Part shown: in pieces, positions 1-13,619 of the stretch
Layout: each line of letters opens with the position of its first letter
How positions within the stretch are numbered: position 1 is the first letter of the stretch
Source of the DNA: Trichoplax adhaerens
Lineage: Eukaryota; Animalia; Placozoa
Direction: 5' to 3'
NCBI RefSeq assembly: GCF_000150275.1
Contig: NW_002060963.1
Coordinates: forward strand, 777,262-841,261
DNA length: 64,000 bases
Program-made: the position numbers and the translations under genes
Notes under the pieces: model-generated
The model's input: the letters and a program-made list of their open reading frames with translations, nothing else
What the model was told of the DNA's origin: nothing
Databases searched by the model: none

Positions 1-3000
1 GCCGATGTCTAACCAATATAAATACAAGACAGCCTATAAAAGAAATTATAGTCTTAAAAACAAACTCACTATGGTTATTTATAGGACCTTAATTAAGACC
101 AATAAGACTAACCAAAAATTGTAAAAGGTTTGTGTCCAGCGACTTTAAAAGTATGATAATATCGGATACTGAGGTCATTCCCGATAGAACGTCCTTAATT
201 AATAATACATAAAATGTTAATATTTATCGCCTAGTAAATCATATAGTTTTGATTATCTTCTACGAAAGAAGTTGTCATAGTAAAACTTACTGAAAACATG
301 AAGCCTCCTATAAGCGAACAGTATTTAAAACAGTATCGTCAGTATTGTTAGACAAAAATATTGTCAAAAGAGTATATATTAATCTTACCTAATGCCAACT
401 TTTCATCTTCACTTAAATTGCCAGATAACATGATACCATTAAATATCTGGTGCTTGGATGACTTCTGATCGACGTTAAGAAAATGTAGATCGAAGCTATT
501 TAGCCACTGAATAGCAGAAAAATTTTGATTAAAACCCTTGGATTGTCCTAATATTCTCCTTGTGCATTCGTGGTATCGATTAAGTGATAGAAGCAACTTA
601 TCGAATTCTTCGGTATCTATGTCAATAGCTGATTCAATAGTATCCGCTGATGCTGTTTTATCTCCAGAATAGTCACATTTACTTTTAATAAGAGCATCAT
701 AGACATCTAATAGTTGCTGTTGTATGCAGCAAGTAAGGTGAATTAGGCTGGCTTCCTTGGTATCTTCTATGTAAAATGCATTAAGCATTATTATATAGAT
801 GAACAATATCAAGCGCGATCAAGATCACTAATTACTTACTACCAAAAGTTTTCAGTTTAAGTTCTTCCGTTATATACAATAAAGTATGCAGCTTTACTTT
901 AGAGCAATTTAAAACCGAAGACATTGCCTGTGCAGTAGTAAAAAATATGCCAAAATTAATTTTAATTAAGATAGTTGTACAGGATGCGTAATATTGTATG
1001 TACTGTCTGAACACGTGATAAAGTATTTACCTGCTGGAAAGATGTAGGTAAAACGAAAGAATCGAAAATCTTGGTAAGTCTGCTTCTCAAATCAGGTTCA
1101 GCACTTTCATCATCTAAAAATATACATTGTCAATGAAAAATTGTCCCAAGAGAGCCAGATGATATTAACTTTCAGGTAATAACGTAATCTACTATATTTC
1201 TGCTAAATCATCTACTCAATGGGAATACAGACAATACCAAGAAAATCTATCTTTCTGGGTGATAGTGAAGAAAAATTGTATTTTACCTTCAGTTTCTATC
1301 AGATTATCTAGTAGGCAAGACAATTCATTCAGTGTGGTTTTATCTCGTAGTACGGCCCCTTCCTTTCCGCTAAAAGTAACTATACTTCAGTACTATATTT
1401 ACAGAAAGATGCTATTCTATGGATATATTAATTTTTTTTTATGCAGACATTTGCTACCAAGACGCACATTTATACTATTACAGGAATAACCCATGGCAGA
1501 TAAAGGTAGAAGATAATCAGATATGTACTAATTGATATTACATTTACCTTAAAGAGCAATAAAAAGGAATTGATATCGATTTTAATGTACCATCAGGCTG
1601 CAATATTAGACAGCAACATAAATTCCAACCTCTTGGATTCAATACATCACTTTGAACAGCGAATCGAACACCCAATGTATCATGTCCAGTATAAAGGAGC
1701 CTGAAGAAAAAGTAAGGAAGTGCTGGTATTAATAATATGGTACCTTGTCAGCGTAAAGTTCAAAATTTTTACAATCTTTCATACTACGAACCTGCAATTC
1801 TTCCCAATATTGAAGACAGCCACACGAGGTCCATTCTGCATTAGCCAAATCTATAATAGATTAATTTTCATTATCAGATCAATGTTAAACTACTTCAGAG
1901 AGAATTTAATTGTAGCTATTACCTCGAGAATACCTCTACGAGCTGCGTAGATGACGAGGAAAAGTCCTCTCCTGCTAGATTGATTTCCAGTGTGATTACT
2001 GTGTTGCTCAAAGACCTGAATCCACCCACACTGAGCATCGCGATAGCCTACAAATAAAGCAGATTGAACCGTAAATGATGCTGAATCAATCACAAAAGCG
2101 ACTCCTAATAATACCTCTTTATTGGAGTTAATAAGTACTTTAGATATATTATTACAATACCAAATACCTTTCCACATACGAATTGCCATACCAGTTTCAG
2201 TATCAATAAGTAATACGCGTGCAAGATTATCAACCGTCACTGCTAATGCTGAATTTGGAGCTGGAATTATTTTATCAACTACGCGTTTATCATCTGGCAA
2301 TCCATATCTGAAGAATAAAAATGAAGCAGTATTAGCAATGCAGTATGATTCTATCTTAAATCGGAAAAAAAATGTAACGAATCATAACTGGTAATTATTT
2401 CGTGATAGCTCATAGGGTTACTAGATATAGTATTAGTACAGTACTTTAGTTTTAGTAAAGGTCGTTGAATGCTAGTAACCAATAAATGATAACTTTCAGT
2501 AACCTTAGATCCAAAGGGCTACCACTTTCGATATTTGGCTTCTGAACTTTTGGCTGCGCATCCGCCGTACTTTGACCAAAACCTAGCCATCCGCTATATG
2601 AATGGATCATATTCACCAGTTAATCGAAATTATATAAATGAGTAAAGCTGTCAGTGTCAATTTCTTTTGAACTGCAGTACTGTTATTTACCTTGCAGCCG
2701 ATAAAACGGCATCTTTAAGCTTCGTAGCAACTGCAGATACAACGACGGATGCGAAAGAAGGAATTTTATCCTAATTTGATAATTATTATAGTAATTTATA
2801 GCTAACAACAGAGTCATCCTAAACGAAGATATCAATATATAAATTCAACATACATCAGCTGCGTTATACAATCCCACAACAGGATCACCACCAGCAGATA
2901 TATAACGCGCAACAGTGGCATCTCGAGGTACAATTGAAGCATTATTGGTCATAGTTATAGATTGAAAATAATGAAAATCGTTGATTCTCAGGGATCCTAT

Positions 3001-6000
3001 GTAACGTGTAGAATAAGATTAATACATTTAAAACCGAAATGGTCTCACTAGCTTGAATGAAAAGATTGGAAGTCAATTATTTACCACAGCTGGCAATATC
3101 CCTAATTTCAGAATGATAGCGTAAATGTAATTTTCTATAAGCAAGACTAGCTTGATTGATAATATCAGACGCTGCTCCTTGAGCTGTCGCTATACAAGTA
3201 AATAGAAATAATGCCATAATATCATAAGCATCATATAAAAAATTCAACTCAATAAAGATACTATAAAACGTTATAAAGACCAAGTGAGGGCATTATCAAG
3301 AGTATACCTCGAGCTAACTGATTTCTACATGCCCTAAGGCATTGATATAAGCTAAAACCTTCAATGACTACCACTTGATTTGCATAAAGGACGATTAATT
3401 CTTCTAAACTCTATGTCATCCATATGAAAATTTATGAATGTTAATAAAGGAGATTCATGATTAATGGATGACAGAAAATTAAATATCAAAATGGTTTTGA
3501 TAATTGCAAATAAAACATAAATACATTAACAAGTTATAACCGTATCGAAGGTGCAATGCTTGTGAATGTTTGGGCTGGTTCTGCATTTCAAATTGATTAC
3601 AGGATCATCATGAAAAATTTGCGATAGAAGCAATCCACCACCCTAACCAGATGTATATGCATGTTATAGTTTGGTACATATCATTTAAAAAAAGTGGTAA
3701 TATTAATTGGCTATTTATTTTGATGTCGTACTTGTTCATAAATTCTGATATAACCACTAGAAAAGCCAACCACAATGCATGTCCAGTCTGGACCGCCTTG
3801 TGAACTCCTATATTAAAAGATTTTTAAAGTTACTTAGTTTTATTGTTATCGCAATAAAAAGGCGAGCACAGTAGTAGAATAAAAAAATTTAGTCTATGTT
3901 CTTGGCAATGAAGAATATTTTTGATAATAACGATAAATTTATTCATTCACTTCTTCTGGTAAGATACCTTAGTTGTGATGCAATGGGTATAACAATAACC
4001 TGCGATATTTTTTCCCTATTACGAAATAAAATAGCATGTTTTAAATGTTAGAATGTTAACAGCATCTTTACTATTAGTGCAAGTACTTGAAAGTATAAAT
4101 AGCTTAATTTTATTTAAGTTACATGTAAGTATTCAATTTGTAGAGTGCTATCTATGCGCATAATTTCTATATATAAAATATTAGCAACAGTCACAGGTAA
4201 GGTAGCAATCAAAATTAGATCAAATGGAAATTATTACTTGGGATCATCGGATAAATATTTACTCCGGTTACGACAGAAGCATGTAGTCTCTTCTTTCGAG
4301 TCGTCAGATTTCTGATAATTTCCTAAAGTAGTATAAAAATGATTTCCAAAGTACTTTTATTGTAATATATCATAGTCAGTTTCTACTCATATCAGCTACA
4401 ATTCATCGAATTTTCGCCTTATATCAGGACAATATAGGTGATATAAATACGGATTATGTTGTCAATGAAGTATTTTAGATATTTCTAAGATAGCAACGAA
4501 AGTTGTATATTTATATGATACATACTAGTTAGTATGGCAATTCTATGATCGTCAGCCACAACCAATACATCGCCGGCAGGTGAAAAAGCCATATGACAAC
4601 TATTTATCCATTTTTTAAATTCACTTTCAAATCTTTCCTTCTAGTTTACGATAAAATAAAAATTGAGTTTGATTTTCAAATCTCGACTTCTACAGTAGTG
4701 CACGTATGAAATAAAATTGAAATATTACGACGTTATCGATTCGATCAATAACTACTGCTACTCTACTTTGCATGGAAAAGATGATCGATTTAGAAATAGG
4801 TAAAGTGTGAAGAAGCAACTAGCAGGAAATAACAAATGATATTGATTTGAAGTTATACGAAAATAAAGCATTAACGAATGAGTGATGTATTATTCATCAA
4901 AGAGCCAGTAGGTAAAATTAGCATCACTATGATTGATTGATTATTCATTGAAAATGTTTGGATAATATTGACAATAAGAGATAAAGTGATTTGAAAAACG
5001 TCTAGGATGGCTATCCGCTGGAACTGCTTAACAGATCACTATTAGGAGAATTCTATTCTATGACGCAATTCGCTTCTAGTGGTAGTTGACAAGTTTATGA
5101 TTGCATTTGTAGGCGATTCTACACGTTTATTCATTCGTTAACCTCATCATCTCCTTCTAGGACCCAGTCGGTATTCCAGTCATCGTCTAGATCATCTACA
5201 GATTAAAATAATAAACAAAGCAAGTTATAAATAGAGAATCTTAGAATGGTTAGTTGAAGGATGATTTAAGCTTTCTTGATTGTCTCTTGTTCTCAACAGC
5301 TTATGCATCGCTATATTACAGCATTCTAACAACATTACTTTTCCTTTCTGTTCTTTTAGTCAGTACAAAGGATTTAACTAATCAAACGTAAGCTTTATTT
5401 AATGCTACATGTTCTCAACAGCGAGTCTATGAAGAATCGATCTATTTTACAGCACTCTATCCATGTCACATTTTCTTTCTCTTCCTTTTTGAGCTTTTAC
5501 AAAGGATTACGCGTAGACTGTCATTTTACAGCTTTATTCTACTTTTATAAAGTACGTATGTTGTCATTGTATGCATCAGCAATCTACATCGTTGAACTCT
5601 CTTTAACCTACTGATGTCCAATTTAGTTCTCTATTGCCTTGTCTATGTTTTTTTGCTGAAGTATCATTCTGATTGTATTGACGTCTCGACTGAATGAATA
5701 TCGTGCAAAATAGAAGCCTGTTTATCCTGCAAATAGGATACACACTCAAGACGATTATTATTTTGATATGCAGTAGACAAGCAGAATTGATCGCCACTAT
5801 CATCATCTATTCCATTACTGTAAGAAGTAAAGTAATCCACGTAGAAATGGCGAAAGATAGCAGAAAAAAATGAAAACGTAGCTGATCTCAAACAGGACAA
5901 CATCATTGCCAAAAGCAAGCTAGCAATCCAACGCTGTCGTCCTTGTCTTCATGACCTACGACTATTCTTATGGCTACTGACATAGCAATACTGATTTACC

Positions 6001-6102
6001 TGGATGAATTTCTTCATCAAATGCTTGATTCACTGATGCCCAATCTTCATAAACTAAACGTAATTCTTCAGCCTTAGCAAAGAATTGTAATTTACACGCC
6101 AT
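1..6102 (-). CDS. RAB3GAP2: Rab3 GTPase-activating protein non-catalytic subunit, multi-exon, 3' end outside window
   Basis: Spliced minus-strand exons: exon 1 6102-6000 [14 protein letters not shown]..., [19 protein letters not shown] (~3731-3808), and [15 protein letters not shown]|[12 protein letters not shown]...[14 protein letters not shown]|[17 protein letters not shown] (~1790-2306). These match remembered RAB3GAP2 motifs (MAC start, RMWKGYRDAQ, FLVIYAPRRGILEVW). GT-AG boundaries are visible. Confidence 0.9.
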
Positions 6103-7251
6103 GTTGTTGATGTGGAATTTTCAATTTTCTCTCGCCATAGACTCCAGCTGATTTTCCTTCATACAAAATCTCTATCCAAGCTGGATAGCCTTTATATCCT
6201 AGCGACTATTGACTGGATTTTCCTGCTATAGTAGCTAAAGCATTGGTACTGAAACACAGCCAATGATGCTAGCTTATTTTTATTTGAACTAGAAATAGAC
6301 TATTTTAACTGAAAAAAACTAACAGTTTAAGACAATACCTTGGGCCGATACAACGCTATATGCTACAGTACCAAGATACTGGATACTCACGGTACCTGCT
6401 ACTGTATGCTACAGTACAATGTACTGTACACTGTACAGGAGCACAGCCGCGCGGTCACATGACTATGTGGTTTACTTGCTATATGGACGCCAATAAAGGT
6501 CCTCAAACATAAGCGATGATATCATACAGTAGCTTCTATGGACTTCTAATTGGTAAAAATAGCGCAATTTCTTGTTTTGGATTGCAAGCTAAATTGCTGT
6601 TTATTAGTTGAATTTTGTTGCTGCTAATTCTGCTAATTGGCAAGAAACAGCTCAGGATACCTTTGAAGTTGCAGAATTGCAAACCTGCCAGTAATCTAAA
6701 GCTGTAATAGAGCAATCAATTCATTTCCAATCACGGTAGAGGCATATGCTTTCGTGAGTACTGATTGCAAGCCTATCTTACGACACCTCGGCGTTGCAGA
6801 GCTAAAGACCTGCCAATAAATTCAATCTTCTATTCTCTATCGAGTTAAATCATTCATTTTAAACGACGGCATAACGAATTGATCAACTCATCGTTATTGG
6901 TATTGATTACAAGGATACCTCACAAGTCGGAATATCTCAGCGTTGTAGAGTGGTAAGAAACCGAAGGCGCAATAGAACAATCGACTCTATCGAATGAATG
7001 ACCTTCTAATATTGAGTAATCAACTGTCCACATACAGTATTCAATTGGATCACGTAAGCTGCAAGGAGAGGATCTATATTGACATAGATTTTAGCTAAAT
7101 TGAGTACTTCAGCGTTGCTAGCCATGGCATAACTATGTCATGAGCAAGTAATCAACTTAGAAAAAGGAGAAGAATAAATAATAATATTAGCAGTGAGTAG
7201 TTATAATTGCATTCGATTGATGAAACCATTCAATATCCGCTATCAAGGTAG
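6103..7251. promoter_or_regulatory. Putative bidirectional promoter of RAB3GAP2/XRCC3
   Basis: Head-to-head start codons 1.15 kb apart; local CpG cluster ccgcgcgg, GTCACATGAC E-box at ~6454 and a TACAGTA/TACTGTA cluster at 6363-6437. Confidence 0.5.
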
Positions 7252-9077
7252 ATGGAAGACATTACACGTTGGGAATTACCTCCTAGGATTATAAGAGCTG
7301 CAACGGAAGGTTAGTGACGATATAATTATTGGCCAATATCATCAGAAAATGATTTAGCAACAGCTTTGCTCTAATCTATGCTGATACCTATGTCAACTTT
7401 CTAATTTTTTACACGAATACTTGCATTAAAAAATTAAGTTAAAACACTTATTGACTAAAATGGAGATAGGTAGACTAATTGATTACACTTTCTTATTCAT
7501 CCATTAAGCCAACCTACGAAATTGCGACAAGATTTTAACCTTATCCGTTGGTGACATCCAACGTAAAACTAACCTTAGTCAATCTGATTCAAAATTACTG
7601 ACAAAGACAGCCTCTAAAAAAGTTCTTGGTTCTGGTAAACAATATCATTCTGCTCTACAGCTACTGAGAAGGGAAAATTGCAGCCCAACTGCAATGACTA
7701 AGGTGACAAGTTGTGGATGTCCTACGCTAGACCGATTTTTACGCGGTGGTATCCTTATTCCTGGCTTAACAGAAATTGCGGGTGAAAGTGCCAGTGGTAA
7801 AACTCAATTTTGTTTACAGTTAAGCCTGGCAGTCCAATTGCCATACAAACTCGGAGGTTTACAGAGCGGTATGTTTTGACCATCCAAGTAATGATGATGA
7901 TGATGTGATGATGTTATTACAATTTTACACTTTAATAAATAGACTATAATCCTCTTATAAGAATATGCTCTTCTACGAAATACCTATAGGCGCTGTTTAT
8001 ATCTGTACTGAAGGCTCATTTCCTGCTAGACGCTTGCATCAAATGATACCATTTTTCGAGAATCGCCTTAAGGAGCATCAGCTTGAATCTGTTAAATTCA
8101 GCGATAATGTTTATGTTGAACATGCTATGACAATCGTAAGGCTAGAATGCTATATGTGCGCTAATTACGTAGATTTTATATGACCCTTACCACTCATGAG
8201 TGAAATATTTATAAAAAATTATAGGAAGAGTTACAGGATATTATGGAAAATACACTGCCAAGGCTTCTCTCTCGTGGTGAGGTCAGATTAGTCATCATCG
8301 ACTCAATTGCAGCGTTATTTCGATCGGAATTTGATATTAAAGAAGCAGCTCAGAGAGCAACACAATTACATAAATTTGGGCGACAATTGTTACGTTATGG
8401 TAGCATCTATGATACTGGCTTTATTTGTGTTAATCAAGTATCTGATACTATTGATCCGCGTACATTTGATGTACAGCAGGGTGAAAAGTAAGCATGTCAT
8501 ATTGCTATGGTAGAGTAAATTAATTGATTTTTAGCTTCAATTCTTTTCCATTCGCTATTTTAGTACTAATATTGATGTTCTTATAATATTGCCCTGCAAA
8601 GAAACATTGTTAGGTCGGTGATTCCGGCTCTAGGCTTAGCATGGTCCAATGTTGTAAATATTAGATTAATATTATCAAGATGTGAATATCTATATAATTC
8701 AATCATAAAAAATGACGACAGCGAATTTAGTGAACTCACTCCGGAATCTGTTAGATTCATTTCTCATGTAAGTAATTTATTAATACCTTAACCAAATAGA
8801 GTATGAATTTTATGTACAGTGTTTATACCATGTGCCTTTAATCTGCTAATTTCTTACTAATAATTGAAGTGTTTTCTTAACAATGTTGTAGTTTCCAGTC
8901 ATCCGCAAAATGAAAGTACTTTTAGCACCTCATCTTCGAATGAGCGAAAGCTACTTTCTAGTTGATGGTTTAGGTATTAAAGGCATCGAAAACGTAACTA
9001 CTTATATTGAATCACAGATGCGCAAGTTGAAACCAAGCAATGATGATATAAACCAAGGCGAGCAGATGCATCTTTAG
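7252..9077 (+). CDS. XRCC3: RAD51 paralog XRCC3 (6 exons: ~7252-7309, 7509-7868, 7990-8135, 8225-8487, 8613-8767, 8892-9077)
   Basis: N-terminus MEDITRWELPPRIIRAA, Walker A GESASGKT followed by QFCLQLSLAVQLP..LGGL, GAVYICTEG.FP, Walker B LVIIDSIAALFR.EF, PALGLAWSN, and C-terminal LLAPHL...GIKG; stop TAG 9075-9077. Confidence 0.92.
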
Positions 9078-9573
9078 GTTTTATTCCTTCAACATCTGAG
9101 ACTAGTAATACTTTTAATCGCAATATTGGCATCATTTTAAAAAAATAGCACCAATTATTGCTATTGATCATGTACAGCACATTATTACAAGCCATTACTG
9201 AAATAAAATTATAAATTTTGAAAATGCCAGCAAAGCTAGAAAATGCGATAAAGTTTTAACTTTCTTATAGTATACTGCCATTTGCTTAGCATTTGCCCAT
9301 AATAATTTTATCTACTAGTTTCTACGTGAGACATGTCGTACCATCAGGTAGACATAGTAGAATTTATAACATAGCGAAACATTTGTACAACATGTCTATA
9401 TTCTACATGTATACTGACCACTTGGAGTCAAATGTTACAAAACGGATAAGAGAAGAATAAGAGAATATAAACGTATGCATCTAGCGATAGTGAGATACGT
9501 AATAGAATTTTGGATATCACATGTAATATACAATTGTAACAGTAAACTGGACAACATCAAGAATATGAGACGT

Positions 9574-11746
9574 TTAATAATCGGAGTACATATCTTCATC
9601 GGTAGAGAATTTACGTTTGCCTATGAAAACGAATAAAACAATACTTGTCAAATGATCTACTGTTTAACATTGCGTGCACGATTATATTCTTAATCTACAG
9701 GCAGATGTATGCGGTCTGAAACTCCTAAAGTTACCTTGAAACTGAAAGTTATTATTTGATAGACTGACTTCGTTGATTTCATTCTGGTGTAGGTCATTAC
9801 TAGACATGCAGGATCGCGCTAGTATTATCGGTCGATATTCCTTTGAAAAATAATGTCGTTGTCTTCAGACTTTCAATTCTTAAGCAGTACTTAATAACGG
9901 CTATTAACGATAACTATTTTTTATTCTAATCTACTATAAACATTTTCTTGGCATCAAGTTAGTTGCTGGTACCTTTAGTTGACGGATAAAACCGTCATTA
10001 GGTCCAATACAAAATCTTCGCTTTTGAACCAATTTAAATGCATCACTGTCCGCGATAGAATATGAATTTAAGTTAGTATCGTTATTCACTACGAGTATGT
10101 CAGATACTTTTTATCTAACGAAACTTTTGCAGTTATGAAATTAAAATATAAGCTGATCTCTTACTTAAATTCCAGATTGTATCGCTCCATAACATAGGCT
10201 ATCATAAATGCAGCACTGGTACAAGAAAGTAAAACAGTTGCATGTTTACATTGTTAGATAGAGTATTACATTGCAAATGTAATTATTCCATAAAACTGAA
10301 TGCTTAAAAGAAAGAAGACCTTCTTGAAATTCCGGCGTTATCATGTATTAGGCATTTCCCTAAATGATTGTGATTTCAAAGTACACGTTAAACATTGTTT
10401 TACTCATTGTTCAGCCGATTAAGGCATTATCAAAGCTAAACTATAACAGGAAATTAAGTATTTTACATAAAAATTATCGAACCAAGATATTACCATTGTT
10501 TTGCAAGCAATCATCAATGAAGGCTTTAACCTAGGTTAATGACATGAATTTATTAATTAGCTGACATGCAGCGTTATTATCCTGTATCAAGTAGTCGCTA
10601 AAAGGAAGATACTTATAGTACACGTATCTTCCTTTTGTTCTCAATCCTCTAATTTTTGAACTATTTATGCTAGTTAGTCGATGACATCACTTTTATAAAA
10701 CTACCTTTGGAAAATGCTGTATTATGTTTTCCTCAGCAGTATCAGCAACCTCTAAAATCAGATAGCTGTGAACCAACGAAAAAGATCAAGTGATTAAGGA
10801 CTGATATTAAAAATTGAAATTTAGGTTACAACGTTGGCGGGTTAGTCGATTGAGAAATTAATAAGATATACAAAACAGTTTTACTTTATGCGTCTTAAAA
10901 ACTTCAAAGTTGGCTCTAAATACAATATGTTTGTCGATTTTAAGATTGAGATGTAACATTCTCACCTAAATCTGTCAGGAAAGCATGGTCTGACAAATCT
11001 TGCTTCAAGGGATTGTCGAATGCATAAGATATGCGTTATACCATTTTGTAGCAATACCTCCAACTAGAAGACAGTTGATAAGATACAATATTTCTATGGT
11101 AAGACAGAATTCTTTATACAGTAAAAAGATATATCAGTTTAAACCTATCGCATGCTGTAATACATGTTGTCGAGTTTTAGTGAACAAACAGTAAGATAGA
11201 GATTAGAGCAAAAATAGAAAGGTCAGGTAATTTGGAAGTGTAAGAAACGTATTCACCTTGCTAGAAGCGGCTGCTGAATAAGGTCCTAAGTAAAGACCTG
11301 GCAGTATTTCCTATAAAAGCGTTTAATTCATCATTGTTAGCCACTTGATCAAGATCAAATACACAAAGTCACTTTATATTTGCAACCACTACGAGAGTTT
11401 AGAGTTATTTTAAGGTTTCGTGTTTCTCGTGTGGACTGCGTGTTTAAGGCAACTAAGTATTGAACTTTTCATGTATTGTATTCAAATCAATTTTAGCAAA
11501 ATAGAAAATATATCAACATTTAATTAAATAATCAGCGTACGTTGGCAATAATATTATGATAGATTACAGCGACTAATAGTTGAGTAACTTTGCGTAGGAT
11601 AGCTATCCAATTTTAAGGATTAGCAAAAGAGAGAGCAACTAGAACAATTCAATTCAAAATTATTGGCTTCATAGTTACTTGCAATATATTGATATATCTC
11701 ATATTTACCTGCATCTCACGACGGTAGAGATATCGCCAAGTCTATA
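9574..11746 (-). CDS. STYX: STYX dual-specificity pseudophosphatase (first exon/ATG not resolved)
   Basis: Exons give WRYLYRREMQ|EILPGLYLGPYSAASSK|LEVLLQNGITHILCIRQSLEARFVRPCFPDRF|YLILEVADTAEENIIQHFPK|VKAFIDDCLQNN|GKCLIHDNAGISR|SAAFMIAYVME...|DAFKLVQKRRFCIGPNDGFIRQLK|EY..., colinear with STYX. Stop TAA at 9574-9576. Confidence 0.9.
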
Positions 11747-13619
11747 AACAGATAGAATGTTTCTAGGTGAGATATTAATCAATCATTCTATATTATCTAT
11801 AATCAGTATTGTAACATTAATAGATGTAATTGACGTCTCCATCTATTTTAGAAAATATATTCAAATAGGATTGTATGGAGCACTGATGGAGAGTACTCCT
11901 ATGCCATCCATTTTACATCTATTATTCTACAGGTAGATCATCATCACAGTCCAATGTACGTAAAACTGATTAGTAATCGGTATGATCTATCGATCTATTC
12001 GATGATATCAAATTATTTTACTTGGCTAGTTGGTAAGTAATGATGACAGTGAGTGATATCGAAATCATTGTACGTCTTCTGTTCAAGGGCCATATCATAT
12101 TGTCGGCAATAACTGATCATACGAATAGTGCCGTAATGATAGCCTTGATTAATATCGAAAAGCAAGCTACAACTTGAAAAGGTGCCAACAAGGACGAGTA
12201 CGTAAATGACGCCGACTATTAGGATGGCAATATTCAAAACTGATTGGATCTATTGAAACTAGTAAACAAACGATCTACCGGCCAAAGAAATGATTCAATA
12301 TTAATAAGATTGAGTGATCCATAAGTTGAAAAAGAGTGTTTGTTATAACAGCTATTAACTGTTGCAATAGGGAGTATAGAATGATTTTCCTGTTGGTTGA
12401 CATGGTGAAAATCGCAGTTATGGTATGTTCTCTCCTTATTGATACCTGATGATCGCCATTGTATCATTTTGTTACAGAAGGTAGAATACGTTTAATTACT
12501 GTATTAAAAGAGTGCAATGTATTTTAGACAAAAAAAAGCTAGGCAAATCACTGCGATCACGTTGCTATTGGAAGACTAGAAAGACGCTTGGAGAGTAAAA
12601 TCTATATATATCATATACTGTAGTTCTCGATCGTTGGTCCTATTGAAATATTGATACTCGTATAGACGAGTCATTCCGTAATATCCTGTCGTTTCATTTC
12701 CTTTTCGATTCAAACATGACTATAATGTAGAAAATTGACTTTCATCCTAGTCCATTTTCAACCAGATACATTATATAAGATTGCGCTTGCATCAAAATTT
12801 TCTCTCTATTTGTTAGCGAGCCATTTATAGCCTATCGATAGCGTCGAACGTATCTACGCGTGATGGACTCGACGGCAGTCTACGCGTATCCAGAAAGTAA
12901 CGAGGGCCAATTGAAGATTGCTAGTGTATCCATTCGTCTACTCTAACCAACGTCATGGATAATATTGGGCAAAAAAGTTAAAACTATTGGAAAATGGATC
13001 GTCTGATGGATCCCTTACTCCGATGATAGAATTGTTCATCTACTACTTACTCGTGAATTATCTTCGCCTGCGATGTACAACAAGTGACCATCAGTATCGA
13101 TGTCCATCTTGAATGGCAAGTCGATCACCAAAACAACCTTCACAGAATACTATTCTCTTCCCAATGTCTTCAACAATGTACTATCAGCTCGATCAAGGTA
13201 GTTAGCCAACCAAGATGATGATGGAGTGTCTCATTTCAATCGATTTAACTGCAATAACAAGCTAAAATCATGCTTGGTCGTCCACTTGAGCCAATGGCGA
13301 CCATCATCAACAAGACGATTATTATGAAGATTTCTACCGCTACCGCCACCGGCACCATGACTCGTCAACATGCCTCTACTTTCTAGTCTAAAGTACAGCG
13401 TGCGCAGTGTCGTCTCCTACACTATACAGCCATACAAGGTCCAGCCTTGTTGACGATGCTACTAATAAGGATTTTGCATTGGTATCACACTCTACTGTAC
13501 AGTATACCACACTTGGTCACTTTTGCGACACAACACCCATCATCATGGACTACTTGAATCCAGCCCGACAGTACTGTATATATACTATGGCCACGACACA
13601 CACATCCAACATAACACTA

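Noticed and set aside
5603-5918. Minus-strand ORFs in RAB3GAP2 intron 1 as extra exons
   Set aside because: The acceptors I tried give in-frame stops in the required phase; exon 1 joins 5198 in frame.
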